Notes under the pieces: generated by a model
What the model saw: only the letters and a program-made list of their open reading frames with translations
Database searches by the model: none
What the model was told of the DNA's origin: nothing
Program-made: the position numbers and the translations under genes
Assembly: GCA_036261255.1 (NCBI GenBank)
Contig: DATALD010000035.1
Location: forward strand, 683-64,682
Source of the DNA: Bacteroidales bacterium
GTDB taxonomy: Bacteria; Bacteroidota; Bacteroidia; Bacteroidales; VadinHA17
Length of the DNA: 64,000 nucleotides
Reading direction: 5' to 3'
Shown here: one piece after another, positions 24,418-33,533 of the stretch
Numbering within the stretch: the stretch's first letter is position 1
Layout: every line of letters begins with the position of its first letter

Positions 24418-27215
24418 TTGAAGTGCCTCGAAAACATTTTTTTAAGATCATCCTGGCGAATTGGCTTTGTTATGAAGTCACTTATCCCCGCAAGCTCTGC
24501 TTTCTTTCTCGTATCGGGAAGGTTATCTGCTGTGATTGCAACTATTACGGGTGATCTTCCTGCGCCAAGAATTTTTTGAGTAGCTTCAAATCCATCTATT
24601 TCAGGAAGAAAAAGGTCCATAAGTATCAGGTCATACTTCTTTGCCTTAGCTTGTAAAAATGCTGAATAACCATCTTCAGCAATATCGAATGAATATCCCA
24701 TGTTTTTCAACATTGTCCCTATCGCTATCTGGTTAAGCTTATTATCTTCAACAAACAGTATCTTCAATGAAGCAGCATCTTTACTTTTTTCCAGAGGTGC
24801 GTTTTTATCTGTTGACGGAAAGCATTCCCTTATTTTATCTTCGAGTTCTTCGATAGTAAATGGTTTAACAAGATAACAATCTATTCCCAACTCAATGCAC
24901 TTAAGGTAATTGCCTTTATGGTCATTTGTGGTGATCATCATTATTTTGAAGCCCTCGGTTAACTTGTTGTCCCATATAGACTTGGCAACTTCAAAGCCAT
25001 CAAGACCAGGAGTATCTGTAATGATTATAAGGTGATATCTTCCCTCGCCGGGGATCTTGATATTCGCCTTTAGTTGATTGATTGTTAGTTTCATATATGT
25101 TGTCACCGACAATGAAAGCTTGAGCTGGTGAAGTCCCGCAATGACATCTTCATCCCTGTTAGGACCTGTGATTACAAGGGTACTAATACCATCAAACGAA
25201 GTTATGTTATCAGTATCTACTTTTTTGATTGTTTTTTCTGCTGAGTGAACAACAAGACTAAATGATATTTTAAGTCCTTTCGTTCCGTCGAGTCCTGAAG
25301 GACTTTCAGCAGAGAATGATCCTCCCATAAAACTGATTAGCTTCCTTGAAAGTACTATTCCAAATGCGGGATCATCATTTATGAATGCTGTGCTATCTGG
25401 ATTCTGGCTGAATTTTTTATTTAATGCAACATTGTCAAAGCTCAGTCCTGTGTCAGCAATCTCGAAAAAAATTGTCAATACATTATCATGGCAAGTCTTG
25501 AGGAAGCATTTCAGGTCAATTCTCCCCGATTCTGTAAACCTGAGTGAATGGTTCATGAAGCTTGTAATAACCTGCCTGATCCTTGCAGGATCGCCAACAA
25601 TGCTCGCAGGTATTTTGTCATCGATTGAACACGTTATGCTTACGTTTTCATTGTCGCAATTAGTCCTTGCAACATCAATACAGTATTCAATCTCTTCCTT
25701 CAGGTTAAAAACAACTTCATCAATTACGAGGCTCCCCGATTCTATCTTTGAAAAATCAAGTATGTTTTCAACAATACCTGAAAGAGCCTCCGATGAACGT
25801 TGCATAAGGTTTACAATTTCTTTTATTTCTTCGGAGAGATCATTTTGAGACAAGACATCAGTCATACTAACAATGCCATTCAATGGTGTCCTTAACTCAT
25901 AACTCATCCTGGCAAGAAACTCTGATTTTGCTGCGTTCTTCTTTGCTTCAAGCTTTCTGGCTGATTCCAGTATTGTAACATCCATAAGGATATCCATAGT
26001 TGCTTCAGATTCATGAATGACAATTGGGATACTCTTCCTGAAAAGTACAATCTCACCTTCGGGCTTCTTAAGCAATAAGAACTGGTCTGAAAACACCCGG
26101 GAATCAGTGTCTGTAGAATCAGTTTCAGGGTAAAAAAATTGTGGTAACTGCATTCCTGGTATCAATGACTGTTCCGGCAAACAGAAGGTGGAAGCAGTCT
26201 GATTAGCGCTTATTATCTGCTTCTCCTTACCATAGATTACAACTCCTACAGGCATTTCATTAAAAATCTTCATGAACATCTCCTCCGAAGCTTTCATCTT
26301 TGCTTTTTCGTCCTTTATACCTTTTATATGCTTCCAGAAGATGGAAATTATAACCTGCACAAGCAAAAGTGTCAGAAGCACAATCAATAATGAATTCCTG
26401 ATTATGTATTTCTGAAAAAATGTTGTCGGCGCTGAGAAAACAAGTCCAAGACCTCTCTGAAGCAATTGTGTTGAATAGTATGACGAAATAATTTCGACAG
26501 TCTCGCCTTCAATAAATGCTTTGTGAATCGTATTTTCAACCGACCCTTCAGCCAATCTTGATACAATCTTGTCAAGCCCCTGGTATTGAATTGGCTTATC
26601 GAAGTTATTGTAAATTATTTCACCCGAATCACTTACAACCCATTGCCATTGATAGTCCTGAAGATTAAATGTTGTGAACACCTCCCTGAAGTATTTCTGA
26701 AAATCAATAGTCACAACAATATTCCCTATTGTTTCATTTTTTTCATTATACACTGGCAGGTAATAATTATATCTTTTGTTCTCCTGAATAAGATCTTCCA
26801 TACTATGAATATTTGCCTGTATATGAAGAACAAACGATTGCTCAAGCCATTCGCCGGAATTACTCTCGGTATCTTTCTTCAGAGTGAATTCATTCTTGTT
26901 TTTATCATAAAACTTTATTCCTGTTACAAAGTCTTCATACTTTGAATAGAAAAGTTTCATCCTGTCAATTGCTCTCCTATAATTTTCAGGATTATCAAAA
27001 AAAGCCGTAAGGTCTTCCGAGAAGTTGATTTGGTTAAGGTCACTCAGAAATGAGTTATTTATCTTATCAACCTCGAGCCCGACAATCTGAACCTGGCGAT
27101 CGAGTAATTCGAAGATATAGTTAATCTGTTTGTTATAGAGGCTCCGATAATAGAAGTAATTCACAAGCATTATTATCGCAAAAGCACTATAGACAACTGT
27201 ATATATCTTTTTCAT
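24414..27215 (-). CDS. Hybrid sensor kinase-like protein with degenerate kinase core and two receiver domains
   Basis: 933 aa. TM, extracytoplasmic domain, TM, PAS-like region, HisKA-like box FLARMSYELRTPLNG (Tyr where the phospho-His is expected, codon 25899-25901) and a degenerate HATPase. REC1 is a partial motif set (IIITDTPGLDG...LVKP). REC2 is canonical (FVEDN...LMDLFLPEIDG...TKP). Confidence 0.8.
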   Translation of the reverse strand: MKKIYTVVYSAFAIIMLVNYFYYRSLYNKQINYIFELLDRQVQIVGLEVDKINNSFLSDLNQINFSEDLTAFFDNPENYRRAIDRMKLFYSKYEDFVTGIKFYDKNKNEFTLKKDTESNSGEWLEQSFVLHIQANIHSMEDLIQENKRYNYYLPVYNEKNETIGNIVVTIDFQKYFREVFTTFNLQDYQWQWVVSDSGEIIYNNFDKPIQYQGLDKIVSRLAEGSVENTIHKAFIEGETVEIISSYYSTQLLQRGLGLVFSAPTTFFQKYIIRNSLLIVLLTLLLVQVIISIFWKHIKGIKDEKAKMKASEEMFMKIFNEMPVGVVIYGKEKQIISANQTASTFCLPEQSLIPGMQLPQFFYPETDSTDTDSRVFSDQFLLLKKPEGEIVLFRKSIPIVIHESEATMDILMDVTILESARKLEAKKNAAKSEFLARMSYELRTPLNGIVSMTDVLSQNDLSEEIKEIVNLMQRSSEALSGIVENILDFSKIESGSLVIDEVVFNLKEEIEYCIDVARTNCDNENVSITCSIDDKIPASIVGDPARIRQVITSFMNHSLRFTESGRIDLKCFLKTCHDNVLTIFFEIADTGLSFDNVALNKKFSQNPDSTAFINDDPAFGIVLSRKLISFMGGSFSAESPSGLDGTKGLKISFSLVVHSAEKTIKKVDTDNITSFDGISTLVITGPNRDEDVIAGLHQLKLSLSVTTYMKLTINQLKANIKIPGEGRYHLIIITDTPGLDGFEVAKSIWDNKLTEGFKIMMITTNDHKGNYLKCIELGIDCYLVKPFTIEELEDKIRECFPSTDKNAPLEKSKDAASLKILFVEDNKLNQIAIGTMLKNMGYSFDIAEDGYSAFLQAKAKKYDLILMDLFLPEIDGFEATQKILGAGRSPVIVAITADNLPDTRKKAELAGISDFITKPIRQDDLKKMFSRHFK

Positions 27216-27266
27216 GTTGATTTCATTGGAGAGTATAAAGATATTTAAAGAAATTAAACTGGAGTA

Positions 27267-28193
27267 TTACCTGTATTTTCTGTCATCTCCTTCGAGAATG
27301 TTAAGGTAACTTTTATACCTCAGCAGATCAATTTCTCCGTTTTTCAAAGCTTCCATCACGGCACATCCGGGCTCGTCGAGGTGGAGACAGTTATAATATT
27401 TGCATCCTTTGGAGATTCTGAAGATCTCCGGAAAGAAATGATAGATCTCATTTCTATCCATATCTACCATACCGAAACCTCTTATTCCGGGTGTATCTAT
27501 AACAAAGCCACCAAAAGGCATTTTATGCATTTCCGGAAAAGTTGTTGCATGTTTACCCTGCTTATGGTAGTCTGATATTTCTTCAGTCTTCAGAGTTAAC
27601 AACGGATTCAATGAATTCAGAAGCGATGTTTTACCAACGCCCGAATTACCCGAAATCAGACTGATTTTGTCTTTCATCTTCTCGCGAAGGAACTCGATAT
27701 TTTCACCTTGTTTAATTGAAAGCCTAATTGTCTCATATCCTATCTTGCCATACATGTTGTCGAGGTACTCCATCTTTGCTACCGCCTCCTCATCGTAAAG
27801 ATCAGTTTTATTTATTAGTATTATTGAAGGAATACGATATGCTTCAGCTGTGACAAGGAACCTGTCGATAAATTCAACAGCTGTTTCAGGCAGGATGATT
27901 GTTATCATCAGAAAGGCCTGATCGATGTTGGCGGCAATTATCTGAGACTGTCTTGAAAGGTTGGTTGATTTTCTAAGGATATAATTTCGTCTATCAAGTA
28001 CTTCAGTGATGATTCCAGATCCATCTTTTGCTTTTTCGAACATTACATTATCTCCAACAGCAACAGGATTCGTGATCTCGAACTCCCTCGTACGTAGCTT
28101 TCCCCTGATAGTGCAATCGGTAACTACGCCTGAACTATCGAGAACCTTGTAATGACGACCGGTCGATTTTAGTACTATACCTTTTTCCACCAT
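27267..28193 (-). CDS. rsgA: Ribosome small-subunit-dependent GTPase A
   Basis: OB-fold N-terminus, GTPase motifs NKTDL and GNSGVGKTSLLN, and zinc knuckle CKYYNCLHLDEPGCAV. Confidence 0.9.
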   Translation of the reverse strand: MVEKGIVLKSTGRHYKVLDSSGVVTDCTIRGKLRTREFEITNPVAVGDNVMFEKAKDGSGIITEVLDRRNYILRKSTNLSRQSQIIAANIDQAFLMITIILPETAVEFIDRFLVTAEAYRIPSIILINKTDLYDEEAVAKMEYLDNMYGKIGYETIRLSIKQGENIEFLREKMKDKISLISGNSGVGKTSLLNSLNPLLTLKTEEISDYHKQGKHATTFPEMHKMPFGGFVIDTPGIRGFGMVDMDRNEIYHFFPEIFRISKGCKYYNCLHLDEPGCAVMEALKNGEIDLLRYKSYLNILEGDDRKYR

Positions 28194-28281
28194 GCAAAGG
28201 TAGGCAAAAAGCTGTAGAGACTATAGAGGCAGTAGAGATTACTAAGGCTTTCTTTGCGTCTTGCGCGAATCAAACATTTTT

Positions 28282-28311
28282 AAAAAAAAGGTGGCTCTAA
28301 ACCACCTTTTT
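28282..28311 (-). terminator. Rho-independent terminator downstream of the GH43 gene
   Basis: aaaggtgg / ccaccttt stem with a 7-nt loop. On the minus strand it is followed by a run of 8 T. A T-run also follows on the plus strand. Confidence 0.7.
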
Positions 28312-28358
28312 ATATATCATGGAGATACTAAACTCCCCTCTGGGGATTTAGGAGTGAA

Positions 28359-29684
28359 TCAGTTCGCAAACTTCACCCAGTCAATTTCAACAGGATTATC
28401 CCCTTTCTGAACTATTACAAGGTTGTTAATTCCTTTTTGAAATTTCTTAACCTTTGCATTTGTTACTGCCATTCCTGAGCCAGCTGGAATTTTCACTTCA
28501 GCAAGAAGCAAACCTTGAGGGCTTTCAAGTCTGATTTCAACTACACCGGACTTTGAAGCTGCAGCCTGAACCTGAACAGTCTTAAATTTCGTGCTTCCGA
28601 AATCAACTGTATTGTATTTTATCCATGAGCCTTTAGTCTGAAGAAGGGTTTTCCAGCCCTTAAAAGTATCAACAGTATCAATAAGGGCAATTGAAGCACC
28701 TTTATCACTGATTGCAGAATATCGGTCGACTTCAATATTTTTAAGTGCACTTGACACACCAACACCTCTTAATGTTGGAATAACTTTATTTATTGATCCA
28801 TCGGCATTAAAAGAAAGGCTGTCAACTCTTGCTGCTCTGTTTTTATCAAACTTTGGTGAATAGTCGTTATGATGATAGAAAAGATACCACTGGTTATTAT
28901 ACTGTACAAGAGAATGGTGATTTGTCCAGCAGCCAGTAGGTGATTCATCCATTAGCACTCCGCCAAATGTAAATGGCCCCATTGGACTGCTTGAAGTTGC
29001 ATACTCGAGTCTTTCTACTATTTTATCATTTACATGTGGGTATGTCATATAGTAAATTCCGTTGCGTTCAAAAACGAATGGCCCTTCAATAAGTCCTTTT
29101 GTAGGGAAGCCTGGAAGTGTCTGAGGTTTACCATCAAGTTCTACCATATTTTCTTTTAGCTTGGCAACAATAAACCGTCCCTGAGATGTATAGATATAGG
29201 CCTGACCATCTTTGTCGATAATAACACAGGGATCAATACCACTCATACCAACGACAGGTTTTTCAAGAACAGTGTATGGACCCTCCGGCTTATCTGCAGT
29301 GGCAACGCCAATCTTGCCATTTACAGGGAAATAAAAATAGTACTTGCCATTTCTGAAAACACAATCAGGGGCCCACATATCGTATCCTATCCGGCTTATC
29401 CATGGTACCTTTGTCTGAGTAACAATAACTCCATGATCGGTCCAGTCGGTAAGATTCTCAGATGAAAACACATGATAATCTTCCATGCAGAACCAGTCTT
29501 TCCGTGCAAAATCTGCAGGTGCAGGAATATCATGTGATGGAAAGAGGTAAATTTTTCCATTAAAAACCCTGGCGGTAGGGTCGGCAGTGAACTGGTTTCT
29601 GATAATCGGGTTCTGAGCAACGATATCGGGTAAGAATAATAGAACTACTGCAGATAACAGCATCAGTTTTTTAAGTTTTCCCAT
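28359..29684 (-). CDS. Glycoside hydrolase family 43 (xylosidase/arabinofuranosidase type) with C-terminal CBM6-like domain
   Basis: Signal peptide. NPIIRNQFTADPTARVFNGKIYLFPSHD and later WAPD and EGP motifs typical of the GH43 five-bladed propeller. A beta-sandwich tail follows (IEVDRYS...VEIDWVKF). Confidence 0.85.
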   Translation of the reverse strand: MGKLKKLMLLSAVVLLFLPDIVAQNPIIRNQFTADPTARVFNGKIYLFPSHDIPAPADFARKDWFCMEDYHVFSSENLTDWTDHGVIVTQTKVPWISRIGYDMWAPDCVFRNGKYYFYFPVNGKIGVATADKPEGPYTVLEKPVVGMSGIDPCVIIDKDGQAYIYTSQGRFIVAKLKENMVELDGKPQTLPGFPTKGLIEGPFVFERNGIYYMTYPHVNDKIVERLEYATSSSPMGPFTFGGVLMDESPTGCWTNHHSLVQYNNQWYLFYHHNDYSPKFDKNRAARVDSLSFNADGSINKVIPTLRGVGVSSALKNIEVDRYSAISDKGASIALIDTVDTFKGWKTLLQTKGSWIKYNTVDFGSTKFKTVQVQAAASKSGVVEIRLESPQGLLLAEVKIPAGSGMAVTNAKVKKFQKGINNLVIVQKGDNPVEIDWVKFAN

Positions 29685-29880
29685 AATAAAAAGGTTTAAG
29701 TTTATTGTAAATCAATTAATGCATTAAAACAATTCGCGGCAAAAACATCGCGAAAATTAATCAAAAATAGTCTTTATTTCAGAACTAATCTTTGCGACTC
29801 TGCGCTAAACAAAAAACTTCTCGCAAAGTCTTTAAGACAAACCTCTTTGTTTCTCCGTCCTCCCTGTGTCGCCGTGGTAT

Positions 29881-29918
29881 AAAAAAACCCTCTCTTCATT
29901 GCAGAAAAAAGGGTTTTA
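29881..29918 (-). terminator. Terminator hairpin downstream of the PFK gene
   Basis: ccctctcttc (29888-29897) pairs with gaaaaaaggg (29904-29913) with 2 mismatches. Flanked by an A7 run (T7 on the minus strand). Confidence 0.5.
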
Positions 29919-29939
29919 TTAGATTATAATATATCGATA

Positions 29940-31145
29940 TTACTGATCGTCGGAAGCCATAAGAAGGAATGGTTTCATCTCAAAGCTGTGATAGTAAGGT
30001 CTAAGTCTTTCTGTATTGTAGTCTGAAAGTTTTACGATTTTCTTAGATGCAGTTACAACATCGATTGGCAGGTTGTCATATCTTCCGTTCTTAAGAACTA
30101 CCAGCCTGCCATGGACCCTGCTAAGGATAAGGTCGAGTGCAAGATTTCCGTAAGCCATCGGCACTATTGAATCGAGTGCATCGGGATCACCACCACGTAC
30201 CATATAACCAAGCTTCTGGTTAATGACGTTGACTGTTTTACCGTTGTTATATCTTCCTGAAAAGTCTTTAAGCTTTGCAGAAACAAAATCTCCTATTCCA
30301 CCTAGTTTGGCATGTCCATAAGCATCTTTCTCACTATCTGAGAATATCATCTCTCCTCCTTTGAACATTGCACCCTCAGAAACCAGGACTATTGAATACT
30401 TACTTGGATTATTATTCCTGTCATGAACAAGCAGTTCAGTGAGCTGTTCAATTTCGAATTCATATTCAGGAATTACGCAACGGTTTGCTGCGCCTGCCAT
30501 TGTAGGTAACATGGCTGTAAAACCTGCATAACGACCAAATACTTCAAGAACAAGCAGTCTTTCATGAGAACCTGCGGATGTCCTGAGACTGTTAACCATC
30601 TGTATTGTACGGGTTACACAAGTGCTGAAACCAATGCAATAGTCAGTACCGGGTACGTCGTTATCCATTGTTTTTGGGATAGCCACAACATTTACACCTT
30701 TTTTATAGAGATGGACTCCATAACTGAGTGTATCATCACCTCCGATTGGAATCAGGTAATCTACTCCGAGCCACTCGAGGTTCTTGATTATTTCAGGTGT
30801 TATATCATTAATTTCTGCATTGTACTTGCTACGAAGATGCTCAGGAACATCAGCCTTTCTCATGTGACTTGGACGGGTTCTTGAAGTATGAAGGAATGTC
30901 CCTCCAGTTCTTCCTGCTTTGTTAACAATGTCATCAGTAAGAACAAGGAAATTGGCGCTGTTATCAGCTTTCGGATCCCTGATGATCTCTGAGATTCCGG
31001 CCCATCCCCTGCGAAGACCAATTACTTTATAGCCTTCCCTGTTAGCGCGAATTGTCACCGCACGAATAGCGGGGTTAAGTCCTGGAACGTCACCACCTCC
31101 TGTAAGGATTGCAATTATACCTTTTGTTTTTTTAACTACTGCCAT
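29940..31145 (-). CDS. pfp: 6-phosphofructokinase, with PPi-dependent-type active-site signature
   Basis: ILTGGGDVPGLN, IGGDDTLS (Asp where ATP-PFKs have Gly) and PKTMDNDV (Lys where ATP-PFKs have Gly). Confidence 0.85.
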   Translation of the reverse strand: MAVVKKTKGIIAILTGGGDVPGLNPAIRAVTIRANREGYKVIGLRRGWAGISEIIRDPKADNSANFLVLTDDIVNKAGRTGGTFLHTSRTRPSHMRKADVPEHLRSKYNAEINDITPEIIKNLEWLGVDYLIPIGGDDTLSYGVHLYKKGVNVVAIPKTMDNDVPGTDYCIGFSTCVTRTIQMVNSLRTSAGSHERLLVLEVFGRYAGFTAMLPTMAGAANRCVIPEYEFEIEQLTELLVHDRNNNPSKYSIVLVSEGAMFKGGEMIFSDSEKDAYGHAKLGGIGDFVSAKLKDFSGRYNNGKTVNVINQKLGYMVRGGDPDALDSIVPMAYGNLALDLILSRVHGRLVVLKNGRYDNLPIDVVTASKKIVKLSDYNTERLRPYYHSFEMKPFLLMASDDQ

Positions 31146-31184
31146 GATTGCTTGAATTTGATTTATTTAGTTTTGTTGCGAGAC

Positions 31185-31192
31185 CAAAAATA
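31185..31192 (-). promoter_or_regulatory. Bacteroidota -7 box (TATTTTTG on the minus strand)
   Basis: caaaaata on the plus strand, 40 nt upstream of the PFK start. Confidence 0.4.
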
Positions 31193-31289
31193 TGATTTTT
31201 TAGATTTATTGCAAAAAAAGTCATGCAAGTCGCGAAAGTCATGTAGGTAGTGACCTCTACAGCTTTAAAGCCTTTACAGCTTTAATCGA

Positions 31290-31985
31290 TTAGCCCCTTT
31301 TTGAGATAATCTCAAGTTTTTCAATGTTGAGGATCTCAATTGTTTTGCCATAGATCCCGATTAGTTCTTCGCGTTTGAAATCGGACATAGTCCTGATAAC
31401 ATTAGCAGTGCTCATACCAATATAATCAGCAATCTCTTTTCTCGATACAGGAAGATCGAATACTTTTGATTTGTAGATATCTTTTGAGAAATAAAGGAGT
31501 ACATAGGCAACCCGCCCAACAAGGTTCTTCTGCCGGATGTCAAGGGTCTGGGTTATAATCTTATCGTTTATTTTTGATATCTTATTAAGCAGTCCGATAG
31601 CAAAAGCGCCGTTTTTCACAAAAAGTTCTTTTATGAAATCGAGCTTTATTATACATATTACTGAATCTTCGAGAGCAGAGACCGAATACTGATACCGTTC
31701 TTCGGAGAAAATGCTCATATTACTAACAAACTCAAATGGACGGGTAATAGTAATAATCTGTTCCTCTCCCGAGGAAAGTCTTCTGTAAAGCTTAACAAGT
31801 CCGCTTTGCAGATATTTGAAGTTATTGATCTTTTCGCCCTCATGATTAATGATCTCACCCTTTTTGAAGAACTGTTCTTCTTTTACATTGCATAATGCAG
31901 TGATGCTTTCATCATCAAGATTACCAAATGCTATATTCCTGAAATCACAATCCTGACACAGGCACGATCTTTTATTTTCGTCCAC
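31290..31985 (-). CDS. Crp/Fnr-family transcriptional regulator
   Basis: cNMP-binding-like barrel followed by C-terminal HTH RKEIADYIGMSTANVIRTMSDFKRE. N-terminal Cys cluster CLCQDC. Confidence 0.85.
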   Translation of the reverse strand: MDENKRSCLCQDCDFRNIAFGNLDDESITALCNVKEEQFFKKGEIINHEGEKINNFKYLQSGLVKLYRRLSSGEEQIITITRPFEFVSNMSIFSEERYQYSVSALEDSVICIIKLDFIKELFVKNGAFAIGLLNKISKINDKIITQTLDIRQKNLVGRVAYVLLYFSKDIYKSKVFDLPVSRKEIADYIGMSTANVIRTMSDFKREELIGIYGKTIEILNIEKLEIISKRG

Positions 31986-32002
31986 GCTAATTTAAATTTT
32001 AA

Positions 32003-32010
32003 CAAATTTA
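32003..32010 (-). promoter_or_regulatory. Bacteroidota -7 box (TAAATTTG on the minus strand)
   Basis: caaattta on the plus strand, 18 nt upstream of the Crp/Fnr start. Confidence 0.45.
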
Positions 32011-32064
32011 CCAATTTAAGATCAATTTATGACAACCTGCCTCATAATGCACATTAAAAACCAG

Positions 32065-32072
32065 TAAATTTG
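32065..32072 (+). promoter_or_regulatory. Bacteroidota -7 box TAnnTTTG
   Basis: taaatttg, 22 nt upstream of the ATG at 32094. It overlaps the TTG start of the ORF-track model, which argues for the downstream ATG. Confidence 0.45.
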
Positions 32073-32093
32073 TATTTTCCATTGCATTCTTTC

Positions 32094-32879
32094 ATGATAT
32101 ATAGGACAGACTACCATGTACACACCACATTCAGTGATGGTCGTGCAAAACCCGAAGAATATGTTATTCCTGCAATTAATGCTGGTCTCAGCGAAATCGG
32201 CTTCTCAGATCATATTACACTTTTTCTCGAGAAACAACCATGGAACATGGATCCCGGCCAGATCCATTCTTACATAGACTATATGCTTACTCTTAAGGAG
32301 AAGACAAAAGATATCAAAGTAAAAATAGGTCTTGAAGTTGACTATTTCCCTTGCCGGGATGAAGAAATACGTGAATATCTTGATCCTCTACCCCTTGACT
32401 ATGTGATAGGTTCAGTACATTATCAGGGTAAGATTTCTGTTGATGAATGTCGTGAATACTATGAGAATGGAAATCTTGACAACATTTTTGAGCTTTATTT
32501 TAAAACTGTGGGAAAGGCGGCAGAATCAGGTCTTTTCAATATAATTGGTCATTTGGATCTTGTAAGGATTTATGGTTTCAGACCATTATCTTATCCGGAA
32601 CATCTATACCGGGAACTTGCAAAAACATTGAAAAGCAATGATGTCGTCTTTGAGGTGAATACTAATGGGAGGAACCGTCCAATTGCTGATTTTTACCCCG
32701 ACAGAAGGTTTTTAAAAGCTTTTATTAATGAGAATGCTGGGGTTTGTGTGAATTCCGATGCGCACATGCCCTCAAGGCTGGCACAGTATTTTGATGAGGC
32801 GTATGACCTGTTGAGATATACCGGTTTCAGCGAAATGGCAACTTTTGAAGGCAGAAAAAGGACGATGATACCTTTTTAA
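32094..32879 (+). CDS. Histidinol-phosphatase HisJ-family PHP-domain protein
   Basis: DYHVHTTFSDG..., GFSDH, SVHY, GHLD and NSDAH metal-binding motifs of the PHP fold. I moved the start to the ATG at 32094 (MIYRTDYHVH). Confidence 0.8.
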   Translation: MIYRTDYHVHTTFSDGRAKPEEYVIPAINAGLSEIGFSDHITLFLEKQPWNMDPGQIHSYIDYMLTLKEKTKDIKVKIGLEVDYFPCRDEEIREYLDPLPLDYVIGSVHYQGKISVDECREYYENGNLDNIFELYFKTVGKAAESGLFNIIGHLDLVRIYGFRPLSYPEHLYRELAKTLKSNDVVFEVNTNGRNRPIADFYPDRRFLKAFINENAGVCVNSDAHMPSRLAQYFDEAYDLLRYTGFSEMATFEGRKRTMIPF

Positions 32880-32888
32880 ATCAGAAAC

Positions 32889-33446
32889 TCATGCAATCAG
32901 ATGCTGAAGCAGTATTTTGAGTCCGATAAGAATTAAAATCACACCTCCGAGAATCTCAATTCTGTATCCAAGCTTTTCTCCGGCTGATTTCCCGATCCTG
33001 ATTGCAATCATTGAGGCTAAAAAGGTAACAGCAGAAATAAGAAAACCTGATTTCCATATTTCAACACTAAGGAAAGCAAAGCTGATTCCTACTGCAAAAG
33101 CATCTATACTAGTGGCTATTGCTACGCTGCAGATCAACAAAGGATTACTGTAATCTTTAACATCATCACCTTTTTCTTTCAGACTTTCTAATATCATCTT
33201 CACTCCAAGGAAGACAAGTACACCAAAAGCAATCCAGTGGTCAGAGTTATTTAAGGCGTTAGAAACAAATGAACCCAGGAAATAACCGGCAACAGTAAGT
33301 CCGCCTTGGAAGACAGCAAAGACAAAAGCTACCCGTGTAGCCTGCCTGAAAATAATACTGTTCCTGACTACACCGTAGGATAATGAGACTGCGAATGTAT
33401 CGAACGAAAGTCCCAGCGCTATTGCAATTACTGTTATAAGATCCAT
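32889..33446 (-). CDS. mntP: Manganese efflux pump MntP (two DUF204 repeats)
   Basis: 185 aa with 6 TM segments. The motif SxDxFAVG/S is duplicated (LSFDTFAVSLSYG and TSIDAFAVGISFA). Confidence 0.8.
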   Translation of the reverse strand: MDLITVIAIALGLSFDTFAVSLSYGVVRNSIIFRQATRVAFVFAVFQGGLTVAGYFLGSFVSNALNNSDHWIAFGVLVFLGVKMILESLKEKGDDVKDYSNPLLICSVAIATSIDAFAVGISFAFLSVEIWKSGFLISAVTFLASMIAIRIGKSAGEKLGYRIEILGGVILILIGLKILLQHLIA

Positions 33447-33464
33447 CCTTTAAAATATGGGTGG

Positions 33465-33472
33465 CAAATATA
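33465..33472 (-). promoter_or_regulatory. Bacteroidota -7 box (TATATTTG on the minus strand)
   Basis: caaatata on the plus strand, 19 nt upstream of the mntP start. Confidence 0.45.
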
Positions 33473-33507
33473 AATAACTTCCAAAGTAAATTAAAATTTG
33501 ATTGTAT

Positions 33508-33515
33508 TATATTTG
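33508..33515 (+). promoter_or_regulatory. Bacteroidota -7 box TAnnTTTG
   Basis: tatatttg, 18 nt upstream of the ATG at 33534. Confidence 0.45.
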
Positions 33516-33533
33516 CAATCCTATAAATCTTGC

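Noticed and set aside
28195-28202. CAAAggTA (a TAnnTTTG box on the minus strand) next to the rsgA start.
   Set aside because: It lies only 2 nt from the ATG, which is too close for a promoter serving that start codon.
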